A stretch of 64,000 bases of DNA from Bacilli bacterium (GTDB lineage: Bacteria; Bacillota_I; Bacilli_A; RF39; UBA660): the NCBI GenBank assembly GCA_036667875.1, contig JAVWTD010000001.1, positions 5,767 through 69,766 on the forward strand. Direction: 5' to 3'. Below are positions 48,276-58,815 of the stretch, in pieces; position 1 is the stretch's first letter, and each line of letters opens with the position of its first letter. A program made the translations under genes and the position numbers. A model generated the notes under the pieces. That model saw nothing but the letters and a program-made list of their open reading frames with translations. It was not told where the DNA came from and did not search any database.

Positions 48276-49229
48276 TTAATTATTAATTAATTCAGAAAAA
48301 ATAAAAAATGCAAGTTTTAAAACATTGTGTCTAATAATTTCATTCTCATATAAAACTAAATCATCTTCAATAACTTTTACACCCATATGTATTAATTTTT
48401 CTTTATCAAAAACTACTTGGTCTTTTTGTTCTAGAGTTTCATATTTTTTTACGATTTCCTCATTTAATTTGTCATTATTTAATATTACTGTATTAATTTT
48501 TCTTTTTCCTAAATAACTATTTAATAGTCGTATGTGATCACTTACTGTAAAATCATCAGTTTCGCCTGGTTGTGTCATTAAATTACATACATAAGTTATA
48601 TTAGCAGTACTTTTATCAATTTCCTTAATTATGTCTTTACAAATAAGGTTTGGTATAATACTTGTAAATAAACTACCCATACTTAATATAATAGCATCTG
48701 CTTCTTTAATAGCGTTTAGTGCTTCTTCAGTTACAATAGGTTTTTCTTTATAATAAACATTTTTAATTTTATTATGAGACATGGTAATATTATGTTCACC
48801 TTCAACTATTGTTCCATCCATCATTTTTGCAACTAAAACCACATTATCTTCCGTTAGTGGTAAAACTTTACCTTTTAAATTTAAAACTTTACTTAATGAT
48901 TGAATTCCATCTGACATGTTGCCGGTAATGTTAGCCATCGCTGTTAATAATAAATTGCCTACTGCATGTCCATTTAAATCACTATTAGTTTTAAATCTAT
49001 AGTTTAATAATTCTTCTACTAATGGCTCAGTTTCAGAAAGAGCAGTTATAACTTTCCTAATATCTCCTACAGCTGGTGTATTAAATTCTTCTCTTAATCT
49101 ACCAGTACTACTTCCATCATCACATACTGAAACAATTGCAGTAATATCTACAGGATACATCTTAAGACCTTTTAAAAGAAATGATAAACCTGTTCCTCCA
49201 CCTAAAATAACTATCTTTTTTTTATTCAT
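48276..49229 (-). CDS. yvcK: gluconeogenesis factor YvcK (CofD-like, UPF0052)
   Basis: IVILGGGTGLSFLLKGLK...VCDDGSSTGRLR. Confidence 0.85.
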   Translation of the reverse strand: MNKKKIVILGGGTGLSFLLKGLKMYPVDITAIVSVCDDGSSTGRLREEFNTPAVGDIRKVITALSETEPLVEELLNYRFKTNSDLNGHAVGNLLLTAMANITGNMSDGIQSLSKVLNLKGKVLPLTEDNVVLVAKMMDGTIVEGEHNITMSHNKIKNVYYKEKPIVTEEALNAIKEADAIILSMGSLFTSIIPNLICKDIIKEIDKSTANITYVCNLMTQPGETDDFTVSDHIRLLNSYLGKRKINTVILNNDKLNEEIVKKYETLEQKDQVVFDKEKLIHMGVKVIEDDLVLYENEIIRHNVLKLAFFIFSELINN

Positions 49230-49238
49230 ATATACCTC

Positions 49239-49643
49239 CTAATTGTAATTGTCTTCTAAGACAATACCTGATCCACATTCACCTTGATAAATAATGTAAT
49301 AGCCTAAGTTTCCAGTACCACAAAATTTGTTGGTTTTAACATTTTCTAAAAAATAATTTTTATTTCTATAATAAATTTTTCCAGAAATTATTTCATCACT
49401 ATTTTCAAATTGTATAGTACCATCTGTTATGTCTATTCCAAGATTAGTAAAACCTTCATAATCATTTTCTGCATTATACATTTTTGCAGAATCAATAATG
49501 GCATTTAGTGTTTGCTTAAAAGCATTTTTCTTTGAATTTTTTAAGGAATTAGAGATAATAGGAACGCTAATCAATCCTATTATACCTAATAAACTAATAA
49601 CTGCTAATAATTCTACCAATGTAAATCCTAATTTTTTTTTCAT
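49239..49643 (-). CDS. prepilin-type N-terminal cleavage/methylation domain protein (ComGC/PulG-like pseudopilin)
   Basis: Class III signal KKKLGFTLVELLAVISLLGIIGLISVP (G|FTLVE), then a small globular domain with a C-terminal Cys pair. Confidence 0.6.
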   Translation of the reverse strand: MKKKLGFTLVELLAVISLLGIIGLISVPIISNSLKNSKKNAFKQTLNAIIDSAKMYNAENDYEGFTNLGIDITDGTIQFENSDEIISGKIYYRNKNYFLENVKTNKFCGTGNLGYYIIYQGECGSGIVLEDNYN

Positions 49644-49796
49644 ATTTATTTTTATAATAGGTATAGAAAAGATAATAATTATTATTTTATTGTCTAGTCT
49701 TATTTATTATGCTATTTCAATTTATAATTATGACTTTTAGCAATAATACTTAACCTATTTCTCCTTTCTTCTTTTTTCCTACTAACATTATATCAT

Positions 49797-49820
49797 AAAA
49801 AAAAGAGTATACTCTTTTTA
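49797..49820 (-). terminator. rho-independent terminator immediately after lgt
   Basis: mRNA sense: UAA-AAAGAGUAUACUCUUUUUUUU. A perfect AAGAGUA/UACUCUU hairpin plus U-run. Confidence 0.55.
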
Positions 49821-50630
49821 TTTGCTTTCTCTAAAATTATCGATGTCATGATATTGATTGGATAATTTTGAACCTTTACTAGATTTAATATATAGAAGTA
49901 AGCCGACTATAATCATAAAAAGCGAAACTATTTGAGCAATTTTAAATGATCCTAGCATTAAACTATCTGTTCTTAAAGATTCAACAAATAATCTTCCTAT
50001 TCCATACCAAACAAGATAGAATGAAGTAAGTTGGTTTACTTTTAAATACTTATATTTTCTTATTAATATAATAATAATAAATCCAACAAGGCACCAAAGT
50101 GATTCATAATAAAATGTTGGTTGATAATAATATCCATTAATTTTCATTCCTTCAATTACGAAATCTGGAACAAATAAAGATTTTAAAAATTCAATTGTAG
50201 TTCCTCCTCCATGAGCTTCACTATTGAAAAAATTACCCCATCTTCCTATTGCTTGTCCAATTAGTAATGCTGGAACTGTAAAATCAATAAAATATTTAAA
50301 ACTAATTTTATATTTTCTACAATAAAATATTATAAATAGAAGACCTGCTAGCAATCCACCATGTATTGCTAGACCACCTTCCCAAATTTTAAATATGTCA
50401 ATTAGATTTTTAGAATAATAACTAAAATTAAATAATACATAGTATATTCTTGCCCCAATTAATGAAATGGGTATTAACCAAAAAAACAAATTAAGTGTAA
50501 AGTTTTCAGGAATATCAAATTTTTTTGTTTCTTTTAAAACTATATTTCCACCAATAAGTAAGGCTAAAAAAATAAAAAAGGAATACCAATATATTTTTAT
50601 AAAACCGATATCTAATAAAATTGGATTCAT
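49818..50630 (-). CDS. lgt: prolipoprotein diacylglyceryl transferase
   Basis: IYWYSFFIFLALLIG, GARIYY, WEGGLAIHGG signature. Confidence 0.85.
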   Translation of the reverse strand: MNPILLDIGFIKIYWYSFFIFLALLIGGNIVLKETKKFDIPENFTLNLFFWLIPISLIGARIYYVLFNFSYYSKNLIDIFKIWEGGLAIHGGLLAGLLFIIFYCRKYKISFKYFIDFTVPALLIGQAIGRWGNFFNSEAHGGGTTIEFLKSLFVPDFVIEGMKINGYYYQPTFYYESLWCLVGFIIIILIRKYKYLKVNQLTSFYLVWYGIGRLFVESLRTDSLMLGSFKIAQIVSLFMIIVGLLLYIKSSKGSKLSNQYHDIDNFRESK

Positions 50631-51052
50631 TATTTCACTCTCCTTAAAATTGATTTAATTATTATTTCTTGAAGTAAAAAATTCATAAGAGAAATTAAAA
50701 TTGCAACTACAAAAGACATAAAATAACCTTTTATTGTAAAATGTCCTCCAAGAATAAAATCTGCAATATTTAATATTAATACATTAATTACTGGATAAAA
50801 GAGACCAAATGTCAACCCAGTTAGAGGTAGTGTCATCCAAACTAATAATGGTTTTATAGTTTTATTTAGTATATATATTATTATTGATGTAATTAATCCC
50901 CAAAACCCAAAAAAATATGGATCTATATATATAGTTTTTTTAAATATAGTTGACGTTGCTATTAAAATTAATGCATAGCCAACCATATAAATTAACCAAT
51001 CTATAAATTTGTTTAGTCTTACTTTTTTATTATCTACAACAATTATTTTCAA
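50630..51052 (-). CDS. DUF360/phage-holin-4_2-like small membrane protein (YvlD-like)
   Basis: 140 aa, four TM helices. Resembles the lgt-yvoD neighbourhood in Bacillus. Tentative. Confidence 0.4.
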   Translation of the reverse strand: MKIIVVDNKKVRLNKFIDWLIYMVGYALILIATSTIFKKTIYIDPYFFGFWGLITSIIIYILNKTIKPLLVWMTLPLTGLTFGLFYPVINVLILNIADFILGGHFTIKGYFMSFVVAILISLMNFLLQEIIIKSILRRVK

Positions 51053-51090
51053 AATATCATCTCCTACTCTATAAGTATATCATATTTATA

Positions 51091-51918
51091 TTAATTTTTG
51101 AATGAACAATGCTTACAAAGTTCTTCAACTCTTTTATTATCCTTAAAATTTTTAATTATTTTTTGTGTTTTTTCACTTTCAATTATTTCTTTTAAATCAT
51201 TATTTTTGATGTTTCCTAGACTTATTATTCCTTCTGCATCTAAACAACAAGGTACAACTGTTCCATTACTTAAAATGCCAATATGAGTTTTTAAACCATT
51301 ACAAAAACCAAACTCATTATACGACTCATTTTCAATAGATGGCCACTCAAATTCAAAATCTTTATTTATATATAAATTGTTATCAATTTTAAAATTCATC
51401 ATGTTTTTAAGGTTTAAAATTGAATTTTCATCTAATTTGTACCACTCAGATATAATATTAGTAAGTTTTTCAAATACTTTATCTTTTGATGAATAAGTCC
51501 AATACCTATATACAATAAAAATATTATTATTATTTTTCATTATTAAATCCACAAAATGAAATAATTTTTTAATTTCATCAATATCACTATATGAATGTAA
51601 ACTTATATTTATTTGCCTAATAGAAGAACTTTTAGAGATTACATCAATGTATTTTTCTATTAAAGATCCATTAGTTGTTATATTTACATTTATATTGCTT
51701 TTATCACAAACTTGTATTATTTCTTCAAATTTTGAATGAAGTAATGGTTCACCTTTAATATGGAGATAAATATAATTTGTATAATTTTTTATTTCTTCTA
51801 AAGTTTTTTTAAATAGTTCTAGCGACATTTCTTCTTTTGGTCTTTTTGATACTGAACAAAATGTACATGATTTGTTACAAATGTTGGTTATTTCAACATA
51901 AACTTTTTTAAATTTCAT
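51091..51918 (-). CDS. radical SAM enzyme with C-terminal twitch/partial-SPASM Cys-rich domain
   Basis: CNKSCTFC (Cx3Cx2C) at residues 14-21. C-terminal CNGLKTHIGILSNGTVVPCC (Cx12Gx4C) plus CKHC. 275 aa. Start lies 1 nt after the uvrB stop. Confidence 0.7.
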   Translation of the reverse strand: MKFKKVYVEITNICNKSCTFCSVSKRPKEEMSLELFKKTLEEIKNYTNYIYLHIKGEPLLHSKFEEIIQVCDKSNINVNITTNGSLIEKYIDVISKSSSIRQINISLHSYSDIDEIKKLFHFVDLIMKNNNNIFIVYRYWTYSSKDKVFEKLTNIISEWYKLDENSILNLKNMMNFKIDNNLYINKDFEFEWPSIENESYNEFGFCNGLKTHIGILSNGTVVPCCLDAEGIISLGNIKNNDLKEIIESEKTQKIIKNFKDNKRVEELCKHCSFKN

Positions 51919-53865
51919 TTATATATTTCCTTTTAATTCAAACAAAATATCTCTTAATTCTGTTGCTCTTTCAAAATCTAATTCTTTTGCTGCATTCATC
52001 ATTTCTTTTTCAATTTTAATAATTAAATTTTGTTTTTCCTTTCTGCTTAATTTTTCACCTGTTTCTTCTTTTTCAGAAATATTTGAAATTACATCTCTTA
52101 TTTCTTTAATAATAGTAGTAGGGGTGATATTATTAATTTTATTATAATCATCTTGTATTTTTCTTCTTCTTTCTGTTTCGCTTATAGCAATTTCCATAGC
52201 TTCACTTATTTTATCAGCATACATTATAACTTTACCATTTGAATTTCTAGCAGCTCTTCCTATTGTTTGTATTAAACTTCTTGAACTTCTTAAAAATCCT
52301 TGTTTATCAGCATCCATAATTGCAACTAAACTTACTTCTGGAATATCAATTCCTTCTCTAAGAAGATTTATACCTACTAATACGTCGTATTTTCCTTTTC
52401 TTAAGTCTCTTATTATTCTCATTCTATCAAGAGTTTTTACTTCACTATGTAGATAAGCAACTTTAATATCTATTTTTTTCAAATAGTTTGTTAATTCTTC
52501 AGCCATTCTGATTGTAAGTGTAGTGATTAAAACTTTTTCATTGATAATTATTTTTTTATTTATTTCTGAAACTAAATCATCAATTTGTAATTTTGTTGGT
52601 CTAATTTCAACTATAGGATCTAATAATCCTGTAGGTCTAATAATTTGTTCTATAACTATATTAGTTTTTTCTTTCTCATAGTCCCCTGGAGTTGCAGAAA
52701 CATAAATTATATTATTCATTTTCTTTTCAAACTCTGAAAACTGTAATGGTCTATTATCTAATGCACTAGGTAATCTAAAACCAAAATCAACTAAAGAAGA
52801 TTTTCTCGCTTGGTCTCCATTATACATTCCTCTTACTTGTGGAACAGTTACATGTGATTCGTCAATAATCATTAGAAAATCATCTCCAAAAAAGTCGATT
52901 AGAGTAGTAGGTGTTTCTCCTTTTTGTTTAAGTGACAAATGTCTTGAATAGTTTTCAACTCCACGACAAAAACCTGTCTCAGTTAGCATTTCTATATCAA
53001 AATTTGTTCTTTCGTTAATTCTTTGAAATTCGATTAGTTTGTTTTCTTTTTTAAATTTAATTAATTGTTCTTCTAATTCTTTTTTTATATTAACTATTGC
53101 AACTTTTAGTTTTTCTTCGCTTGTAACAAAGTGACTAGCCGGAAAAATAGAAATACTTTTTTTACTTTGATAAACAATTCCTGTTAAAGTGTCAAATTCA
53201 CTTATTTTTTCAATCTCATCTCCAAAAAATTCTACTCTTATACCTTTACCATGTTGATTAACAGGAATCAACTCTAACACATCACCTCTAACACGAAAAC
53301 TACCTCTTTTTAAATCCATATTATTTCTTTCATATAACATTTCAATTAATTTTTCTATAACTTCATTTCTTTCAATTATCATTCCTTCAGTTAGAGTAAG
53401 CATTTTATTTTTATATTCTTCTTTATCTCCAATACCATAGATACATGAAACAGATGAAACTACAATTACATCGTTATAATTAAGTAGGGAACTAGTAGCA
53501 CTGTGTCTTAACTCATCAATTTCGTCATTTATAGACGAATCTTTTTCAATATAAGTGTCTGTTTTAGCAACGTATGCTTCTGGTTGATAATAATCATAGT
53601 ATGATACAAAATATTCGACATGATTATTGGGAAATAGTTCTTTTAACTCACCATAAAGTTGACCTGCAAGTGTCTTGTTATGAGCAAGAACTAGTGTTGG
53701 CTTCTGAACTTGTTCTATTACATTGGCTACAGTAAATGTTTTACCACTTCCAGTAACACCTAATAATATTTGTTCTTTTTTTCCATTTTTAATACCTTCA
53801 ACTAATTTATGTATTGCTTGTGGTTGATCACCGCTAGGTTTATATTTTGATTCTAATTTAAACAT
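51919..53865 (-). CDS. uvrB: excinuclease ABC subunit B
   Basis: [15 protein letters not shown] Walker A, helicase motifs, C-terminal UVR domain RATELRDIL. Confidence 0.95.
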   Translation of the reverse strand: MFKLESKYKPSGDQPQAIHKLVEGIKNGKKEQILLGVTGSGKTFTVANVIEQVQKPTLVLAHNKTLAGQLYGELKELFPNNHVEYFVSYYDYYQPEAYVAKTDTYIEKDSSINDEIDELRHSATSSLLNYNDVIVVSSVSCIYGIGDKEEYKNKMLTLTEGMIIERNEVIEKLIEMLYERNNMDLKRGSFRVRGDVLELIPVNQHGKGIRVEFFGDEIEKISEFDTLTGIVYQSKKSISIFPASHFVTSEEKLKVAIVNIKKELEEQLIKFKKENKLIEFQRINERTNFDIEMLTETGFCRGVENYSRHLSLKQKGETPTTLIDFFGDDFLMIIDESHVTVPQVRGMYNGDQARKSSLVDFGFRLPSALDNRPLQFSEFEKKMNNIIYVSATPGDYEKEKTNIVIEQIIRPTGLLDPIVEIRPTKLQIDDLVSEINKKIIINEKVLITTLTIRMAEELTNYLKKIDIKVAYLHSEVKTLDRMRIIRDLRKGKYDVLVGINLLREGIDIPEVSLVAIMDADKQGFLRSSRSLIQTIGRAARNSNGKVIMYADKISEAMEIAISETERRRKIQDDYNKINNITPTTIIKEIRDVISNISEKEETGEKLSRKEKQNLIIKIEKEMMNAAKELDFERATELRDILFELKGNI

Positions 53866-53993
53866 AATTTCCTCCTTTTTATAGATTAATCTTTTTAAAT
53901 TTATCTTATTTTAACATTATTAATACCAAAAAACAACAAATTGTTGATTTAGTTTAATTGCCATTTATAAGTTTTAAAAAAAGTAAGATGAAC

Positions 53994-56150
53994 TTACTTT
54001 TCAATTCTAAACATTATTTGGTACATATTCTCAAAATCAAAATCTTCAGTATTTATATTATATCCTAGTCTTTTTATTTTTGAAACACATTCTTTAATAG
54101 CATCCATAGCAAGATTCATATTATTATTTGATTGCAATTGATTTGATACTATATTTTGTGTCATATAACTAGACATATTGTTTTCAGGAGTTTTATTTTG
54201 TTGTACTTGTTGATTATTAACCTGATTAACGTTTTGATTTGTAAATTGATTTTGTATTATAGGTTCTGAGTAATTATTTTGTGTATAAGGCATTTGTTGT
54301 GTTTTAACTTCAAATTGTTCTTGTGTTGGTAGTCCAAATTGATTAACAGGATTGTTATTTTTATCAATATTTTCCATCATTACTGGTTGAAAAAATTGAT
54401 TGAATTTATTTTCTTCTTTTGGTTCTTCTTTAAATTGACTAACTTCATCTAAAGATTTTAAAACAGGTTGGTTTTCTTGATTTATATTCATGGCATTTAT
54501 TAAATTATCTGACATATTAAATTCAAATGGATTACTGTCAAGTTTAAATTCTTCATTTTTATTTGTTTCTTCTTGTATAGGTAAACTAAAGAATTTTCCT
54601 GGTTGAAGTTCCTCATTTTCTTCTTCGTAAGATTTTAATGTAGTATTACTAGGTTTAAGAAGAGGACCATTATTTGAAAAAATATCAATTGCTTCATTTG
54701 TTTGTTCAGATAAATATTCTGGTTGATTAAATTCTTTGCTTTCATTTATATCAACAGCTTCATTTTGTATTTTATCTATATCCATAAATCCAGGATTTAT
54801 AAAATTATTATTATTTGATTGAATATTAACATTTGGTTCTTCTATTCCTAAATTATTTGTATTAGGTAAAGTGTTGTTAGTATTAGTAAAATCATTTTGA
54901 TTGTTTTCTACAATTGGAGTTACTGGAATACTAAAATCGTTTGATATTGTATTATTTGCCATATCAAATGGATTAAATTCTTTAGGAGCACTTGTTTGTT
55001 GATTATTTTGAAAATAATCAGGAGTCATGAAATTATTATTTTGAAAATTATTTATTGGTTCATTGTTCATTGTTGGTTCCTCTTCTATAATAATAACTGG
55101 TTCTTCATTTTTGTTATTATAACTTTCTTCTTTTACAACTTCTTCAATTGTATTATTATATGGATTAAAAATATCAATATTTTTTTCTACATTTAATTTA
55201 TTTTCAGTTTTTTCTTCTAATAAATTAGGAAATATTGTTTCTTCATTACCTTCAAAAATAGGTACTGCGTTTTCTTCCTCATTATTTTCATTAAAACTAT
55301 TGAAGTCAAAATTATTATTATAATTTTTAATAACATTTTTTGGATAATTATAGTTATTATCGAAAAAAGATTTTTTTTCATCTTCATTTACATTACTGCT
55401 TGGAACATTAAATTCTGATATTGCATTATTTTGATTATCATTAGTAGTGTAAGTAGTATTTTCAAAAACATTTTTTTCCTCAGAATTGATATTATTTTCT
55501 GGTTTAATAATTTTATCTACATTATTGTTTCCAAAAATATCTTCCCCTTTTAAAATTTTAGCAATTTCATCATCAGCTTTTCTAACTGTTAATCTTTCAT
55601 TTATGATTTTTGTCAACATTTTCCTTTGAATTATTGGATTTGTTAATCTAAGTAAAGATCTTGCATGTCTTTCTGAAATTTTTTCTTCAAGAAGAGATTC
55701 TTGAATTTCATCATCAAGATTAAGAAGTCGTAATTTATTTGCAACTGTAGATTGTGTTTTGCCTAATTTTGTTGCAAGTTCTTCTTGAGTAAGAAATCCC
55801 ATATCAAGTATTTTTTTATAAGATATAGCTTCTTCTATTGGTGTTAAATCTTTTCTTTGAACATTTTCTATTAAAGCTACTTCAGCACTATCTTTATCAT
55901 TTAGTTCGGTTACAACTGCTGGAATATAATTTTTTCCTGCTAATAAAGATGCTTTAAATCTTCTTTCACCTGCAATTATTTCAAATTTATCGCCCATTTT
56001 CCTAACAACAATAGGTTGAATAACCCCATGTTCTCTTATTGAATCAGATAATTCATTTATTGAATCTTCATTAAATTTGATACGCGGTTGAAATCTATTA
56101 GGTAAAATATCATTTATATCTAAATTAACAATTTTTTTCTCTAAATCCAT
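53994..56150 (-). CDS. noc: ParB-family protein with Noc-like C-terminus and a ~460-residue Asn/Gln-rich low-complexity insertion
   Basis: N-terminal 200 aa are canonical ParB (PNRFQPR, GERRFKAS, HTH TQSTVANKLRLL). C-terminal INTEDFDFENMYQIMFRIEK parallels B. subtilis Noc LNTEEEEFEEYIQLTIRIPK. The middle ~460 aa are N/Q/E-rich with no globular signature. Position (after rsmG) matches noc. Confidence 0.7.
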   Translation of the reverse strand: MDLEKKIVNLDINDILPNRFQPRIKFNEDSINELSDSIREHGVIQPIVVRKMGDKFEIIAGERRFKASLLAGKNYIPAVVTELNDKDSAEVALIENVQRKDLTPIEEAISYKKILDMGFLTQEELATKLGKTQSTVANKLRLLNLDDEIQESLLEEKISERHARSLLRLTNPIIQRKMLTKIINERLTVRKADDEIAKILKGEDIFGNNNVDKIIKPENNINSEEKNVFENTTYTTNDNQNNAISEFNVPSSNVNEDEKKSFFDNNYNYPKNVIKNYNNNFDFNSFNENNEEENAVPIFEGNEETIFPNLLEEKTENKLNVEKNIDIFNPYNNTIEEVVKEESYNNKNEEPVIIIEEEPTMNNEPINNFQNNNFMTPDYFQNNQQTSAPKEFNPFDMANNTISNDFSIPVTPIVENNQNDFTNTNNTLPNTNNLGIEEPNVNIQSNNNNFINPGFMDIDKIQNEAVDINESKEFNQPEYLSEQTNEAIDIFSNNGPLLKPSNTTLKSYEEENEELQPGKFFSLPIQEETNKNEEFKLDSNPFEFNMSDNLINAMNINQENQPVLKSLDEVSQFKEEPKEENKFNQFFQPVMMENIDKNNNPVNQFGLPTQEQFEVKTQQMPYTQNNYSEPIIQNQFTNQNVNQVNNQQVQQNKTPENNMSSYMTQNIVSNQLQSNNNMNLAMDAIKECVSKIKRLGYNINTEDFDFENMYQIMFRIEK

Positions 56151-56234
56151 AACATCCCTCTATTCTATATACTATAATACTATATATTTTCTAAAAACTC
56201 AATATTATTTGGGAAATATTTCCCAAAAAAAAAC

Positions 56235-56939
56235 CTATAATGGTTTTTTCTTTATTTCTGCATATTTTCTTGGATAAATTTTATTGGTTTCTTTTATTTT
56301 TTTATATTTTAGTAAACACCTATTACTATTTTCAAAAGGTAATTTAAATTCTATTTTTTCTTCTATATTAATAGAAAGTTTATCACATGCATTACTAGTT
56401 TTTATTTCTTCATCACTAATATTTGCTTTCATAGGTATAAAATACTTATTTACTTTAACTAGAGGAACACAAATCTCCATTAAAATAGGAAGCGAAGCAA
56501 CTGCTCTTGCTGTAACAACATCAAATTGTTCTTTATTTTTTACTCCAAATTCTTCACTTCTTGTATGAATTGCAATAATTTCAGTTAATTCTAATTCTTT
56601 TATTACTTCATTTAAGAAATTAATCCTTTTATTTAATGAATCTATAAGTACTACTTTTATGTGTGGAAACAGTATTTTAATAACAAGCCCTGGAAATCCA
56701 GCACCACTTCCAACATCACATAAACTTTCTACAGTATTTAAGTCAATAATTTGATTCATAGTGGCTGAATCATAAAAATGTTTTAAATATACTTCTTTTA
56801 TTTCAGTGATTCCTGTTAAATTCATACTTTTATTCCATTCAACTAGAATTTCGTAATATTTTTTTAGTTGATTTAACTGATTAATAGAAACATGAATATT
56901 AATATCTTCTAAAGCTTTTATAAAATCATTTTCTTTCAT
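56235..56939 (-). CDS. rsmG: 16S rRNA (guanine527-N7)-methyltransferase RsmG (GidB)
   Basis: NLTGITEIKEVYLKHFYDS..., DVGSGAGFPGL SAM motif. Confidence 0.85.
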   Translation of the reverse strand: MKENDFIKALEDINIHVSINQLNQLKKYYEILVEWNKSMNLTGITEIKEVYLKHFYDSATMNQIIDLNTVESLCDVGSGAGFPGLVIKILFPHIKVVLIDSLNKRINFLNEVIKELELTEIIAIHTRSEEFGVKNKEQFDVVTARAVASLPILMEICVPLVKVNKYFIPMKANISDEEIKTSNACDKLSINIEEKIEFKLPFENSNRCLLKYKKIKETNKIYPRKYAEIKKKPL

Positions 56940-58800
56940 TATTGAACTCCTTTTTTAAATATATCATTAAAATAGAAATATCTGCAGGATTTACTCCACT
57001 AATTCTTAAAGCTTGTCCTATAGAAGAAGGGTTAACCTCTTTAAGTTTTTGTTTAGCTTCACTAGCTAGATTATGTATTTTGTTATAATCTATATTCATA
57101 GGTATTTTTTTGTTATCTAAATCCAACATTTTTGCTGCTTCTTTATTTGCTTTAATAATATAACCTTCATACTTATTATTTATATAAACTTGTTCTTTTA
57201 CTTCTTCACTAAAGTCTAGTTTTAAAAAATGCTCAATATTGTTCATTTTTATTTCAGGTCTTTTTAACAAATCATATAGACTTATTCCATCATGTATTAT
57301 TGTTGAATTAATTTCTAAAAGATATTTATTAACTTCTTCTTTTGGTGTTATTTTATTTGTTTTAAGTATTTTTGTTAAGTCCTCAATATTTTTAATTTTT
57401 AATTGAAATTCATTAAATTGATTATTATTTATTAAGCCAACTTCATATCCTTTATTTCTAAGTCTAATATCAGCATTATCATGCCTTAAAAGCAATCTAT
57501 ATTCAGCTCTTGAAGTAAGTAACCTATATGGATCTCTTACTCCTTTTGTTATTAAATCATCAATTAAAACTCCTATATATGCTTCGTTTCTTTTTAAAAT
57601 AAGAGGATCTTTTCCTTCAATTTTTAAAGAAGCATTGATTCCTGCCATAAGTCCTTGACATGCAGCTTCTTCATAACCACTTGTACCATTAATTTGTCCT
57701 GCGGTAAAAAGGTTTTCTATAATTTTAGTTTCTAAAGATTGTTTTAATTGTGTTGGATAAATTGCATCATACTCGATAGCGTATGCATATTTGACTATTT
57801 TAGCATTTTTTAATCCAGGAAGACTATGTATCATTTTTTCCTGAACATCATGAGGCATACTTGTTGAAAATCCTTGAACATAAATATCATCATAATATTT
57901 ACTTTCTGGTTCTAAAAAGAGTTGATGTCTTTCTTTATCACTAAATCTTACAACTTTATCTTCAATAGATGGACAATATCTTGGTCCTACACCTGTAACA
58001 TCATTTAATCCTCCATACATGCTTGATTTATTTAAATTTTCTTTAATTATTTCGTGTGTTTCTTTAGTAGTGTAAATTAAATGACATGGTACTTGTTCTT
58101 CTATTTTATAAGAAGGATTGTTATCAAAACTAAATGTTCTTAAAACTTGATCACCAAGTTCTTCTTTTGTTAACGAAAAATCAATAGTTTTTTTATCAAT
58201 TCTTTGAGGAGTTCCAGTTTTTAATCTTATAATTTTTAATCCATATTCTTTCATTTTATCACTAAGATGATTACTTGGTTTTTCTCCGTGTGGACCTTCT
58301 CTTCTTCTAATATCTCCAACCATAATGTCAGCTTTTAAATAAGTACCCGTAGTTAGAATAACAATTTCAGATAATATTTTAGTTCCATCTTCTAGAACAA
58401 CACCTTTATTTACATTATTTTCAATAATTAAATCTTCAACAAGAGATTCTTTTATTTCAAGATTTTCTTGATTTAATAGTGTTTTCAACATTTCTTTTGG
58501 GTAAGTAATTTTGTCAGCCTGAGCACGAAGTGCTTGAACTGCTGGTCCTTTGGCAAAATTTAACATTTTTATTTGAATTTGTGATTTATCTGCATTTTTT
58601 CCCATTTCTCCACCGAGGGCATCAATTTCTCTTACTACTATTCCTTTAGCACTTCCTCCGATTGATGGATTGCAAGGCATATCTGCTATATTTTTAATAT
58701 TCCCTGTAATTAGCAAAGTTTTATGTCCTTTTCTTGCAGAAGCAAGACTTGCTTCGCATCCTGCGTGTCCACCACCAACGACTATAATTTCATATTCCAT
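56926..58800 (-). CDS. mnmG: tRNA uridine-5-carboxymethylaminomethyl modification enzyme MnmG (GidA)
   Basis: YEIIVVGGGHAGCEA FAD motif; 624 aa. Confidence 0.95.
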   Translation of the reverse strand: MEYEIIVVGGGHAGCEASLASARKGHKTLLITGNIKNIADMPCNPSIGGSAKGIVVREIDALGGEMGKNADKSQIQIKMLNFAKGPAVQALRAQADKITYPKEMLKTLLNQENLEIKESLVEDLIIENNVNKGVVLEDGTKILSEIVILTTGTYLKADIMVGDIRRREGPHGEKPSNHLSDKMKEYGLKIIRLKTGTPQRIDKKTIDFSLTKEELGDQVLRTFSFDNNPSYKIEEQVPCHLIYTTKETHEIIKENLNKSSMYGGLNDVTGVGPRYCPSIEDKVVRFSDKERHQLFLEPESKYYDDIYVQGFSTSMPHDVQEKMIHSLPGLKNAKIVKYAYAIEYDAIYPTQLKQSLETKIIENLFTAGQINGTSGYEEAACQGLMAGINASLKIEGKDPLILKRNEAYIGVLIDDLITKGVRDPYRLLTSRAEYRLLLRHDNADIRLRNKGYEVGLINNNQFNEFQLKIKNIEDLTKILKTNKITPKEEVNKYLLEINSTIIHDGISLYDLLKRPEIKMNNIEHFLKLDFSEEVKEQVYINNKYEGYIIKANKEAAKMLDLDNKKIPMNIDYNKIHNLASEAKQKLKEVNPSSIGQALRISGVNPADISILMIYLKKEFNNERK

Positions 58801-58815
58801 TTTTACACCTTATTT

